This document shows, in pieces, positions 55,725-64,000 of a stretch of 64,000 bases of DNA (position 1 is the stretch's first letter; every line of letters starts with the position of its first letter). The notes beneath the pieces are model-generated. The model saw nothing but the letters and a program-made list of their open reading frames with translations, did no database searches and was not told the origin of the DNA. Source of the DNA: Eubacteriales bacterium (GTDB lineage Bacteria > Bacillota > Clostridia > Oscillospirales > SIG627); assembly GCA_045594565.1 (NCBI GenBank), contig JAZNYT010000054.1, forward strand, positions 734-64,733, written 5' to 3'. The translations under genes and the position numbers were made by a program.

Positions 55725-57653
55725 TTATTTTTTTACCCACGTTTCGGGCATTTTGTATTTATGCTCAAGTCCCAAAAATTCCACGCCCTTTTTGAATTTA
55801 TCAACCTTTTCGGGGTTGTCTGATTTACCGCTTGACAGCGACCACCAGCCGATGTCCTTGAAGTGATAGGATTCACCGCCGCTGCATCCGCCGTCAAAGG
55901 CATCGGGGCTGTCAACGCCTTTCTCCATAAGCTCTATCAGCTCGTCGAGATGCTCGGTGTAAACCTGTCTTGGAGTACAGCCATGGTTTTTGCAAACAAG
56001 ACTTGCAAGTCCCACTACCTCACCAAGCTCTCCGAGAGTTCTCATAACTCGGATAGCCGAGAAAGCAACGTGGCTTGCGCTTACTATTCTGCCACCGATG
56101 AACAGGTTACGGACGTCTCTTGCATAAAGACATCTGTAAGGAACGGGGTAGGGATATTCGATTCCTCTGTGATAAGCAAAGGAGCGGAAAGCCTCACCGA
56201 ACTGCTCTAAATTTGTGGGCTCGGGGAAATGCATATCAATGCTCCAGGTGATTGAAGCGGTTTTATCCTTATGCTCAATTTTTTCCTCTAAATCATGTTG
56301 GGTGACAACGTAGTCTCCCACAACTCTGTAGCCCTCTCTCTTTCCTCCAAAGGGAGAAACCCATTTCAATTTGAGTTTTGCAAATTTCTCCTTATCCTTG
56401 AAGGCATGCTTTTGGTAAGACCAGTTTGAATATATGGCTCTGAGCCCGAAGTCGCGGATGTATTCAACGTCACGCACCATATCTCTCGAAAAGCCCGTTT
56501 CCTGTTCCCAGTCACCTGACGTACAGTTGAGACAAGACTCGTCATCGAGCTTCAAATTCCAATCAATTTCAGGAAAGCTTGAAAAATCCTCTGTCCTTTC
56601 GGTATACCAGCGTATAGATTGACCCATTACAAGATTTTGATGCTCATTCGGTGCAAGGGACTCACCGAAAACGCTTTTTGCTTCTCTGCCGTACATAGTC
56701 TCACAACCGACGCGGCGCGCTATTATACCGTCACCGCTGCAATCCGAAAAGAGAGTACCCTTAATTCGCATCTTTTTGCCTGTCAGGGTATTTGTGCAAA
56801 TAAGTGCCGTTATAGTCTTTTCGTCATACTCAACGTCGGTGACCGCATAATTCAAAAAGAGCTTGTAGCTTGCCTTGTTAGCCTCTGCTACGTTAAAGGC
56901 AAATACTTTTCTGTTATCCTCAAAGCATTCCTTTTCGTATACACTGGGGTATCCTAAAACGGGAGCGATTTCCTTAACTATATTGCCCAGCTTGGGGTAG
57001 GGGGGGATATGTATCATACCGCCTTGACAAACCCTTATCTCACTGCTGTTGCAACCGCCGAGAATTCCCCTGTCATTGATAAGAGCCACCGATACACCGC
57101 TTCGGACAGCCGATATAGCGGTGCATATTCCGGCAATTCCGCCCCCCGCAACCACTAAATCGAAAACGCCTTCATAATCGGTTATTTCTTTCCAGCTATA
57201 GTCCTTCCGCATCTTATCAATATCGTCAATAGTGCTGCTTGGTATATGGGAGGATTTTGTCAAGTATATCGCATCACATCTGCCGTTAAAGCCTGTAAGG
57301 TCGTGAAGCGCTATTTTGTGCACACCACTGCTTAAAACTACTTTACCCGCAAGCTGCCACGCCCATTCTTTTCCGTTGGTACCGAGAACGCTTTCAAGCT
57401 CTATGCCGTCGATTTTTACAGTGTATTTTCCTGCAGAGTCCTTCACGTCCCAAACAGATGTCCAATCTCGTGTCAACGCCCAGACGCAGTATTCGCCGTC
57501 CTCTTCAACGTCAAAATCTGAGGTAGCATCGGCTACGGGAACACCCATACCGTGCGCCATAAGATACGCCGAATGGATTATTTCCATTGATGCGCTGTCT
57601 ACTACCCAGCCGCCTTTATTTTTGAAGCTTTCCGCCTCAATGAATATATTCAT
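55725..57653 (-). CDS. FAD-dependent oxidoreductase with N-terminal beta-sandwich (carbohydrate-binding-like) domain
   Basis: 642 aa. The dinucleotide motif DLVVAGGGIAGICTAISAVRSG begins around residue 165. The N-terminal roughly 150 aa is beta-rich. Confidence 0.65.
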   Translation of the reverse strand: MNIFIEAESFKNKGGWVVDSASMEIIHSAYLMAHGMGVPVADATSDFDVEEDGEYCVWALTRDWTSVWDVKDSAGKYTVKIDGIELESVLGTNGKEWAWQLAGKVVLSSGVHKIALHDLTGFNGRCDAIYLTKSSHIPSSTIDDIDKMRKDYSWKEITDYEGVFDLVVAGGGIAGICTAISAVRSGVSVALINDRGILGGCNSSEIRVCQGGMIHIPPYPKLGNIVKEIAPVLGYPSVYEKECFEDNRKVFAFNVAEANKASYKLFLNYAVTDVEYDEKTITALICTNTLTGKKMRIKGTLFSDCSGDGIIARRVGCETMYGREAKSVFGESLAPNEHQNLVMGQSIRWYTERTEDFSSFPEIDWNLKLDDESCLNCTSGDWEQETGFSRDMVRDVEYIRDFGLRAIYSNWSYQKHAFKDKEKFAKLKLKWVSPFGGKREGYRVVGDYVVTQHDLEEKIEHKDKTASITWSIDMHFPEPTNLEQFGEAFRSFAYHRGIEYPYPVPYRCLYARDVRNLFIGGRIVSASHVAFSAIRVMRTLGELGEVVGLASLVCKNHGCTPRQVYTEHLDELIELMEKGVDSPDAFDGGCSGGESYHFKDIGWWSLSSGKSDNPEKVDKFKKGVEFLGLEHKYKMPETWVKK

Positions 57654-57666
57654 AGCCTACTCCTTT

Positions 57667-58371
57667 TTACAGGGGATTTACCTCTTTGTCGATTCCCCAT
57701 ACGGTAACGTCCTCTACAACTGCTCTTTGAGGAAGGTTTGCTATATACAATACTGTTTCGGCAATATCCTCGGGCAAAAGCTTGTCTGTGGTTTCACCGA
57801 TACCGCATGCGCTCTGGAAGCCTGTGCTTGCAGAGGAGGGAACAACGCAGGTAACTCTTACGTTGTGGGGCTGCATTTCAAGATACATGCCCTTTGAAAA
57901 GTTGAGAACGCCCGCTTTTGCGGCGGCATATACGCTCCAGGTGGGCCAGCACTGACGTGCGCAAACCGAAGAAATATTTATCATTGTACCGCACTTTTGT
58001 TTTTTCATCATATCCGCAAATGCACGGCAGCCGTAAATTACACTGTTGAGATTTAATTTGATTGTAGCATCTATTTCCTCTATCGAGAATTTGCTCACCT
58101 CTTTGATGGTTATTCCGCCGCCTGCATTGTTTACAAGAATATCCAGTCTGCCGTATTTTTCATTTACTGTTTTTACAGCGTTTTCCCAGTCCTCGGGCTT
58201 TGTAACGTCCATAGAAAATGCCAGGTCTCCTCCGACCTCTTTTCTTGCCGCCTCAAGCTTTTCAATGTTTCTTGCTGTCATGATAACGGTGTCCCCGTTG
58301 TCCTTGAAAGCCTTAGCGCATGCCTTTCCGTAACCGCTTGATGCTCCTGTGATAAGTACGATTCGATTCAT
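57667..58371 (-). CDS. SDR-family oxidoreductase
   Basis: 234 aa. Has TGASSGYG, NNAG and YAAAK catalytic motifs. Confidence 0.9.
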   Translation of the reverse strand: MNRIVLITGASSGYGKACAKAFKDNGDTVIMTARNIEKLEAARKEVGGDLAFSMDVTKPEDWENAVKTVNEKYGRLDILVNNAGGGITIKEVSKFSIEEIDATIKLNLNSVIYGCRAFADMMKKQKCGTMINISSVCARQCWPTWSVYAAAKAGVLNFSKGMYLEMQPHNVRVTCVVPSSASTGFQSACGIGETTDKLLPEDIAETVLYIANLPQRAVVEDVTVWGIDKEVNPL

Positions 58372-58386
58372 AATAATTCTCCTTTT

Positions 58387-59193
58387 TTATTCTATCGGTA
58401 TTCTTATTTCCCACTCAAAGCCATCCTCCGACATATCGAAGGGATAAACCTCAAGGGTGGGGATATTTTCGTTTCTTTTCAGATTTGCCGACGGTAACCA
58501 CTGGTATATGATTTTACTGTAGGCTTCGTTGACAATTTCATCGTCTACCGTGTTCATTGTAAAGGTTGCCCATGCAGAATCGGGTATTTCTTCTCCAATG
58601 TCGCTTTTTTCACCGATACAGCAAATAACGTTTCCTTCGTTATTGCCGTAAGAAACGTAAAGCTTGTCTGTGGAAAGGGACTTGTCAGCCTCACTTTCGT
58701 AAAACGCATTCCATACATCTTCGCAGCAGCAGCTGTCGGTTATGGGAGAAATTCCCTTGAAGCCATTTATACAAAATGCCTTTGTTTTCACGATTTTGAA
58801 GGGCACTGACTCTCTTCCAGAAATACTCACCGAAAATTTAGGTCGGGTAAATAAATTCAATTCGATGCTTTCGCTCATGCAGACAGTAGGGGATACCCCG
58901 TGCTGCTCTGAAAAAGCTCTTGTAAATGCCGACTGATTTGAGTATCCGTATTTCTCGCTTATCTTTTGTATGTTTGCCTTGTCGGAGGTTAAAATCTCAA
59001 TTGCTGCAAGAGACAGTCTGCGCTTTCTTATATATTCCGACACAGGACACCCGACAATAAACGAAAATATACGTCTAAACTCATATACGGACAAATTCAT
59101 TTTTGAAGCCATTGCGTTGCAATCGGGCTCCGACGTAATATTTTCTTCTATATAGTCGATTACCTCTTCGATTTTTTGAATTCCCGAATACAT
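58387..59193 (-). CDS. AraC-family regulator with GyrI-like effector-binding domain
   Basis: From ORF 58387..59292. Start moved to ATG 59193 (AAGGGGTGA RBS), because the alr terminator lies inside the longer ORF. The HTH region is YGYSNQSAFTRAFSEQHGVSP. Confidence 0.8.
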   Translation of the reverse strand: MYSGIQKIEEVIDYIEENITSEPDCNAMASKMNLSVYEFRRIFSFIVGCPVSEYIRKRRLSLAAIEILTSDKANIQKISEKYGYSNQSAFTRAFSEQHGVSPTVCMSESIELNLFTRPKFSVSISGRESVPFKIVKTKAFCINGFKGISPITDSCCCEDVWNAFYESEADKSLSTDKLYVSYGNNEGNVICCIGEKSDIGEEIPDSAWATFTMNTVDDEIVNEAYSKIIYQWLPSANLKRNENIPTLEVYPFDMSEDGFEWEIRIPIE

Positions 59194-59279
59194 TTTTTCA
59201 CCCCTTTTGTTCATTATATCACAGGAAACAGAAAAAGTCTTATCATTTTTTGTATTATAAAGTAAACTTATATTAACAT

Positions 59280-59304
59280 AAAAAAGAGCCATTCGGCTCT
59301 TTTT
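59280..59304 (-). terminator. intrinsic terminator after alr
   Basis: On the minus strand, immediately after the TAA stop: AGAGCC-GAAU-GGCUCU followed by UUUUU. Confidence 0.6.
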
Positions 59305-60432
59305 TTATTCATATATCTTTGTTACTCTTTCGGAAACTCCTGTGTAGAAGGTGTAGTTTATATCACCCGAAACCTCGGCGTATTCGTCAATGGATATTCC
59401 GTCCTCACCCCACAGCACGACCTCATCGCCCGAGCGAATGGAGGATTTAGCGTCGGTTATATCTACCATAAAGAGATCCATACATACGTTTCCGACAATT
59501 TTGAAACGCTCTCCCTTTATCATAACCTCACCCTTGTTTGAAAGGCTTCTGGGTATTCCGTCGGCATAACCTGCGGTGACGGTGGCAAGAGTCATATCAC
59601 GCTCCGCCATAAATGCTCTGCTGTAGCCTACGGTCTCTCCCTTTTTTATGGTGTGTACTTGCCCTACTCTTGCACACATAGTCATAACTTCGCGGAGAGG
59701 GCTTTCAGGATGCTCCTTCAGATATCTTTCCTTAACCTCGCTTGAAGGATAAGCACCGTAGAGGATAATACCCGGTCTTACTGCCATAAGATGAGCATCG
59801 GGGCGGGTAAGAGTTGCACCGGAATTTGCAATATGTAAAACTCCAAGGTCAATACCCTTTGCCTTTATTTTATCGGTAAAACCGAGAAACCTTGAAAGCT
59901 GAGTATCGGTGAAGCTCGACGTGAGTACGTCGGACTCTGCGAGATGGCTGAAGGCACCGCATATTTTAAGACAGGGAATCTTCGAAACTGCTTCTATTTC
60001 ATCTGCCGCAGAGTCGCTTGAGGCATCAAAGCCGTATCGGTGCATACCCGTATCAATTTTCAGATGAATATCAAGAATATCGTCTACGAGATACCTGGAA
60101 AGCTCCTCGGCATAACCCTTGTCGGTAACGGTTTGAGTAATTTTGTTCTTTGCAAGAATAGGCGCAAAATGGGGGTCGGTATATCCGAGAATCAGTATTC
60201 CGTTGTCGATACCGCTATCTCTGAGCTGCAGTGCCTCGTTTATTTCGGCAACTGCAAAGAGTAGAGTCTTGTCCTTTATTTTCTCCGCAACCTTCACTGC
60301 ACCATGGGAGTATGCGTTTGCCTTGACTATCGGGATTATACCGCATCCCTCCGGAAGAAGGGCTGATATGGAGTCAAGATTGTGAAGAAGATTTTTTATT
60401 GAAATTTTTGCGTAGCATCTGGTGTTTTTCAT
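59305..60432 (-). CDS. alr: alanine racemase
   Basis: 375 aa. The PLP-lysine motif is VKANAYSHG. The C-terminal half has VGYSRAF and GNVCMD. Confidence 0.9.
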   Translation of the reverse strand: MKNTRCYAKISIKNLLHNLDSISALLPEGCGIIPIVKANAYSHGAVKVAEKIKDKTLLFAVAEINEALQLRDSGIDNGILILGYTDPHFAPILAKNKITQTVTDKGYAEELSRYLVDDILDIHLKIDTGMHRYGFDASSDSAADEIEAVSKIPCLKICGAFSHLAESDVLTSSFTDTQLSRFLGFTDKIKAKGIDLGVLHIANSGATLTRPDAHLMAVRPGIILYGAYPSSEVKERYLKEHPESPLREVMTMCARVGQVHTIKKGETVGYSRAFMAERDMTLATVTAGYADGIPRSLSNKGEVMIKGERFKIVGNVCMDLFMVDITDAKSSIRSGDEVVLWGEDGISIDEYAEVSGDINYTFYTGVSERVTKIYE

Positions 60433-60827
60433 TTGTTTTCCTCGAATTTAATAGTGGAATTGTCCTTTTTTACAACAAGGGGGTCTTTTGATATTTCACA
60501 TTCTTCTAAATTCATTATCATTTCGTAGAGTGGCAGGAATCTTGATGAGGGAAGCAGATTTTCTGTGAAAATCATACCCTCGTATTCAACCTCGCATCCG
60601 TTTTCGCCTATTCTTATAACGTAGCCCTCGGGGGAGTTGGCAGAAAAGGTCATTACCTTTCCGTCAAAGGAAATTATCCCCTCAAATTCACACTCGCCGT
60701 CAGAGAAGACGGATTCGTAGGAATATGGCGGAGTAAAGCTTTCTTTGATAATGCTTTTCTCTGATGCGCAGGAGGAAAAGAGAAGAATTGAAACAAGACT
60801 AATTAAAATAAACCGCACAAATATCAC
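60429..60827 (-). CDS. small lipoprotein of unknown function
   Basis: 132 aa with a signal peptide and lipobox (LLFSSC). Overlaps the alr start by 4 nt. Confidence 0.5.
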   Translation of the reverse strand: MIFVRFILISLVSILLFSSCASEKSIIKESFTPPYSYESVFSDGECEFEGIISFDGKVMTFSANSPEGYVIRIGENGCEVEYEGMIFTENLLPSSRFLPLYEMIMNLEECEISKDPLVVKKDNSTIKFEENK

Positions 60828-60851
60828 TCCTTTGTACAGTTTATTGTGGCT

Positions 60852-61475
60852 TTACTTTTTTATTACAGTTGCTTTATTATAATAATGAAGCATTTTAAGA
60901 GCTCTTTCGTCTGCATTGAAGACCAGTGCTTCTCTTGAGCCGTTGTCGTTCTGATATATGGCGCAGTAAGCATCCTCGTCGGAGGGGGAGGATACACCGT
61001 AGGTCACCTTAACGCCGTCAAGCTTTGCATCGGCATAGGGAAGGATGGCCTCTGCCACAGGTACCTTGAATTCTGCAATCTGTCGTCTCTTTTTGCTCGC
61101 GTAAATTATGTCCATTGTCATCTCACCCGACACGATGAGATATTCGTATTCTATCTTTGTGTAGCTCCACAACACCTTGCAAACGTAACCGATGAGAAGA
61201 AGAGCTACCGCACCTATCTGAGGGACCTTGATGGGTCCGAACATAAGAAAGCCGAGAACTCCCATAAGAATCAGTCCCACCAATATAATGGCTACTCTCT
61301 GAATAATGGTTTTTGAATCGGCTTTTTTTGTTACAAGATGTTCTGTGTAGTTGAAGGCATAGTCGCTTGACGATTTGATATGTGTATTGTTCATTGCGTT
61401 TCCTTTCTTTTTCCGAACTGTCCAAAGTGCAAATTTCAAGTCCTTGTTATGAACCTGGAATGGTCTCATACTCAT
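60852..61475 (-). CDS. membrane protein of unknown function (two TM helices)
   Basis: From ORF 60852..61526. Start moved to ATG 61475 (AGAGGTG 6 nt upstream). Has a central pair of TM helices (VAIILVGLILMGVLGFLMF, IGAVALLLIGYVCKVLW). Confidence 0.45.
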   Translation of the reverse strand: MSMRPFQVHNKDLKFALWTVRKKKGNAMNNTHIKSSSDYAFNYTEHLVTKKADSKTIIQRVAIILVGLILMGVLGFLMFGPIKVPQIGAVALLLIGYVCKVLWSYTKIEYEYLIVSGEMTMDIIYASKKRRQIAEFKVPVAEAILPYADAKLDGVKVTYGVSSPSDEDAYCAIYQNDNGSREALVFNADERALKMLHYYNKATVIKK

Positions 61476-61537
61476 AGTTAACACCTCTTGTAAAATAATA
61501 TCACAAAACCAAAAGATAATCAACACTTTTTATTATA

Positions 61538-61566
61538 TTGACTTTTTTTCTTCTGTGTAGTATAAT
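61538..61566 (+). promoter_or_regulatory. near-consensus sigma-A promoter of secDF
   Basis: TTGACT (61538-61543), 17-nt spacer, TATAAT (61561-61566). Confidence 0.65.
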
Positions 61567-61603
61567 ACGAAAAGTATATATAAAAACGAAAGGAAATACA
61601 AAA

Positions 61604-62869
61604 ATGGCAAAGAACGTTGTGAAACTTATTTCGGCAATCCTTGTTATAGCGATTGTCTCTTACGTTGCTCTTTGCGGTATAGGAAGCTTTCTTCCCGGTG
61701 TCTTTGATAAAGGCGCTATAAGAAAGGGTCTTGACCTTGCAGGAGGAACACTTCTCGTTTACGAGCCCGACGTTGAGGACCTCGGAAAGGTAAACGATAC
61801 TGATATGGATACGGTAGTGTCCATTATGACAAGACGTCTTTCGGCGGCAGGCTACACAGAAGCCTCCATCACTACAATGAAGGACGACAAGAGAATTCAG
61901 ATTGAAATTCCCGAGGTAAAAGACCTTGACGAAGCAAGAAATCTCCTTGGTAACATAGGTGAGCTTAGCTTTATGGGCTCCGACGGAAAAATCATTATGA
62001 CAGGCAGCGACATCAAGTCCGCTTCTATGCAGTACGGACAGGTAAACGAGCAGTCACTCACTCCCGAATACTTCGTATCCGTAACTCTTAAGGCTGATGC
62101 GGTTGAAAAGTTCGCTACGGCTACAGAGGAAGCAGCAAAGCTTATTGCAGACGGCGGAAACTTTATCGCTATCCTTCTTGATAACGAGCTTGTTTCAATG
62201 CCCTACGTTCAGGAAAAGCTTACTACAGAGGACGTGGTAATCACAGGTAACTTTGATAAGGAAGGCGCAACCTACCTTGCAAGCGTTATCGCTTCAGGTC
62301 AGCTTCCCTTCTCACTCAAGGAACTTCGTGCCGACACAGTAGGTCCTACTCTTGGTGAAAAGGCACTTGAAACCGCAATCTTCGCAGGCGCTCTCGGTAT
62401 CCTCCTCGTTATGCTCTTTATGATAGTTTACTACAGACTTCCCGGTCTTGTTTCTGCTATCGCACTTGTAGCATATATGGCAATCGTAGGTATTGTTCTT
62501 GTAGTAGCAAAGGTTAACCTTTCACTTCCCGGTGTTGCAGGTATCATCCTTTCTATAGGTATGGCGGTTGACGCAAACGTTATTATTATCGAGCGTATCA
62601 AGGAAGAGCTCAGACTCGGTAAGGGTACGGTATCCGCAGTTAAGGCAGGATTCAAGGGTGCTTTCTCCTCTATCATCGACAGTAACGTTACAACAATTAT
62701 TGCATCCGCAGTTCTTTGGTACTTCGGTACGGGTACTGTTCAGGGATTCGCTATTACACTCTTTATCGGTATCGTTGTTTCAATGTTTACCGCTATTATT
62801 GTAACACGCTTCCTTATGAATGCAGTTGTAGGTCTTGGTGCAAAGAAGCCTTGGCTCTACGGAATATAA
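61604..62869 (+). CDS. secD: protein translocase subunit SecD
   Basis: From ORF 61538..62869. Start moved to ATG 61604 (MAKNVVKLISAIL), downstream of the promoter. Motifs: GLDLAGG, LGPTLG, GIILSIGMAVDANVIIIERIKEE. Confidence 0.9.
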   Translation: MAKNVVKLISAILVIAIVSYVALCGIGSFLPGVFDKGAIRKGLDLAGGTLLVYEPDVEDLGKVNDTDMDTVVSIMTRRLSAAGYTEASITTMKDDKRIQIEIPEVKDLDEARNLLGNIGELSFMGSDGKIIMTGSDIKSASMQYGQVNEQSLTPEYFVSVTLKADAVEKFATATEEAAKLIADGGNFIAILLDNELVSMPYVQEKLTTEDVVITGNFDKEGATYLASVIASGQLPFSLKELRADTVGPTLGEKALETAIFAGALGILLVMLFMIVYYRLPGLVSAIALVAYMAIVGIVLVVAKVNLSLPGVAGIILSIGMAVDANVIIIERIKEELRLGKGTVSAVKAGFKGAFSSIIDSNVTTIIASAVLWYFGTGTVQGFAITLFIGIVVSMFTAIIVTRFLMNAVVGLGAKKPWLYGI

Positions 62870-62887
62870 GAAAGGGGGTCACGTATA

Positions 62888-64000
62888 ATGAAATTTATTA
62901 CAAAAGATCAGATGAATATTATCGGACTCCGCAAGGTATGGTTCGGTATTTCTGCAGTAGTTATTGTTGCAGCCCTCCTTGTTATGTTTATCGGAGGCTT
63001 TAACCTTGACACCGACTTCGCAGGCGGTATCACTCTCCAGTACGACCTCCACAAGACTCTCGATAAAGCAGAGCTTGACCACGTTCGTGAGCTTGTTGAT
63101 GCAATCGACGGAATCACTGTAAACACCATTCAGAAGTCGGGCGATAACGCTACCTGCGTTATTATCAAGGCGGCTGATGCTACTCCCGAGGTAATGGAAC
63201 AGGTTTACACAGTTCTCAACGTGGCATACGGCGCACCTCTTATTAAGACAGAGGAAAAAGCAGAAGAAGTAGAAGAAACAGAGGAAGCCACAGAGGAAAC
63301 TGCAGAAGAAACCGCAGAGGAAACTGCAGAGGAAACTGCAGAAGAAACTGCAGAAGAAACTGTAGAAGAAACTGCAGAGGAAACTGTAGAAGCAACAGAG
63401 GAAGCTCCTGAAGCTCCCGCTGAAGTAGAAGAAGCAACAGACGTTGTTTACGGTGGAACAGTTCCCGTTGAGGTTCTTGCAGAGTCAAGAATCGGCGCAT
63501 CTATTTCAGGCGAGATCAAGCGTTCTGCAGTTATCGCAACAATTATAGCGGTAATTCTTATGCTTCTCTATATCACTGTAAGATTTGAGTTCCGTTCAGC
63601 TATCGCTGCAGTTCTTTGCCTTATCCACGATATAATCATAGTGATTGCTATCTACGCGGTATTCGGTATCCCCGTAAGCAGCAACATCATTGCGGTAATG
63701 CTTACAATACTTGGTTATTCTATCAATGCTACTATCGTGCTTTTCGACAGAGTAAGAGAAAATCGCAAAAAGATGGGCAAGACGGATTTCGGTACTGTTA
63801 TCAACATCTCCTCCCGTCAGTCGCTTATGCGTTCGATTAACACTACTATAACAACACTTCTTACCATTGGACTTATATACATTCTCGGTGTACACTCCAT
63901 CAAGGAATTCGCACTTCCTCTTATTGCAGGAATAATTGCAGGTCTTTACTCCTCTGTATTCCTTTCGGGTTCCTTCTGGTACGTACTCACACCTCGCCGT
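62888..64000 (+). CDS. secF: protein translocase subunit SecF (3' end outside the window) with an acidic repeat insertion
   Basis: Not in the supplied ORF track because it runs off the window. ATG 62888 opens a frame that stays open to nt 64000: MKFITKDQMNIIGLRKVWFGISAVV...DFAGGI...YSINATIVLFDRVRENRKK, typical of SecF. Confidence 0.85.
   Translation, partial: MKFITKDQMNIIGLRKVWFGISAVVIVAALLVMFIGGFNLDTDFAGGITLQYDLHKTLDKAELDHVRELVDAIDGITVNTIQKSGDNATCVIIKAADATPEVMEQVYTVLNVAYGAPLIKTEEKAEEVEETEEATEETAEETAEETAEETAEETAEETVEETAEETVEATEEAPEAPAEVEEATDVVYGGTVPVEVLAESRIGASISGEIKRSAVIATIIAVILMLLYITVRFEFRSAIAAVLCLIHDIIIVIAIYAVFGIPVSSNIIAVMLTILGYSINATIVLFDRVRENRKKMGKTDFGTVINISSRQSLMRSINTTITTLLTIGLIYILGVHSIKEFALPLIAGIIAGLYSSVFLSGSFWYVLTPRR
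63293..63388 (+). repeat. 12-bp in-frame tandem repeat, 8 units, encoding (EETA/V)n inside secF
   Basis: Units of gaRgaaacYgYa start at 63293 and recur every 12 nt to 63388. They are embedded in a wider Glu/Thr/Ala-rich segment (about 63250-63445). Confidence 0.9.

Noticed and set aside
63243-63500. An 85-aa Leu/Gln-rich ORF on the minus strand.
   Set aside because: It is the mirror image of the (EETA)n repeat inside secF and exists only because the repeat lacks stop codons on the opposite strand.

Overview
This is a chromosomal segment from a low-GC Gram-positive anaerobe, probably a gut spore-forming member of the Clostridia. That taxonomic call is an inference from GGAGG-type ribosome-binding sites, a SipL-like spore-coat gene and a bile-salt-hydrolase-family gene. 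I call about 55 protein genes. I saw no rRNA, tRNA, CRISPR array, transposase or integrase.

Gene content from left to right:
- a truncated MBL-fold hydrolase;
- a minus-strand ion-transport operon (TIGR04076 protein, KtrB, KtrA, CPA-type antiporter);
- a DUF1538 membrane protein with a tandem P-II-like protein;
- a choloylglycine-hydrolase-family enzyme, a YghZ-like aldo-keto reductase, a ferritin-like/VIT1 protein and a YgjV-like protein;
- DAHP synthase preceded by a promoter, leader-peptide ORF and terminator;
- a PTS EIICBA-ptsH-ptsI operon;
- a YtrA-type GntR/ABC operon;
- a compact nine-gene phage-particle operon (about 18.6-26.5 kb);
- a 2326-aa cyclic beta-1,2-glucan-synthase-like enzyme co-transcribed with a SipL-like DUF3794/LysM protein;
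- an aminotransferase with an M20 dipeptidase;
- a solitary MazF toxin;
- a Crh-like HPr paralog with a PIG-L deacetylase;
- two tandem 689-aa paralogs;
- CarD-like and HTH regulators, a Gfo/Idh/MocA oxidoreductase, a ComEC-like MBL lipoprotein, a nitroreductase and a TIGR01440 protein;
- gpsA, secA, a membrane protein and asnB;
- an AraC-SDR-FAD-oxidoreductase operon;
- alr, two small envelope proteins, and secD-secF.

The most interesting observations:
1. The phage-particle operon encodes portal, scaffold, capsid, tail parts and a lysin, but no terminase, integrase, replication or repressor gene.
2. A Phe/Tyr-rich leader-peptide attenuator sits upstream of DAHP synthase.
3. His15 and Ser46 are split between two HPr paralogs.
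4. There is a tandem gene duplication next to the PIG-L deacetylase.
5. In-frame tandem repeats occur in a phage protein and in SecF.

All functional calls come from motif and architecture recognition by eye. No database search was run.
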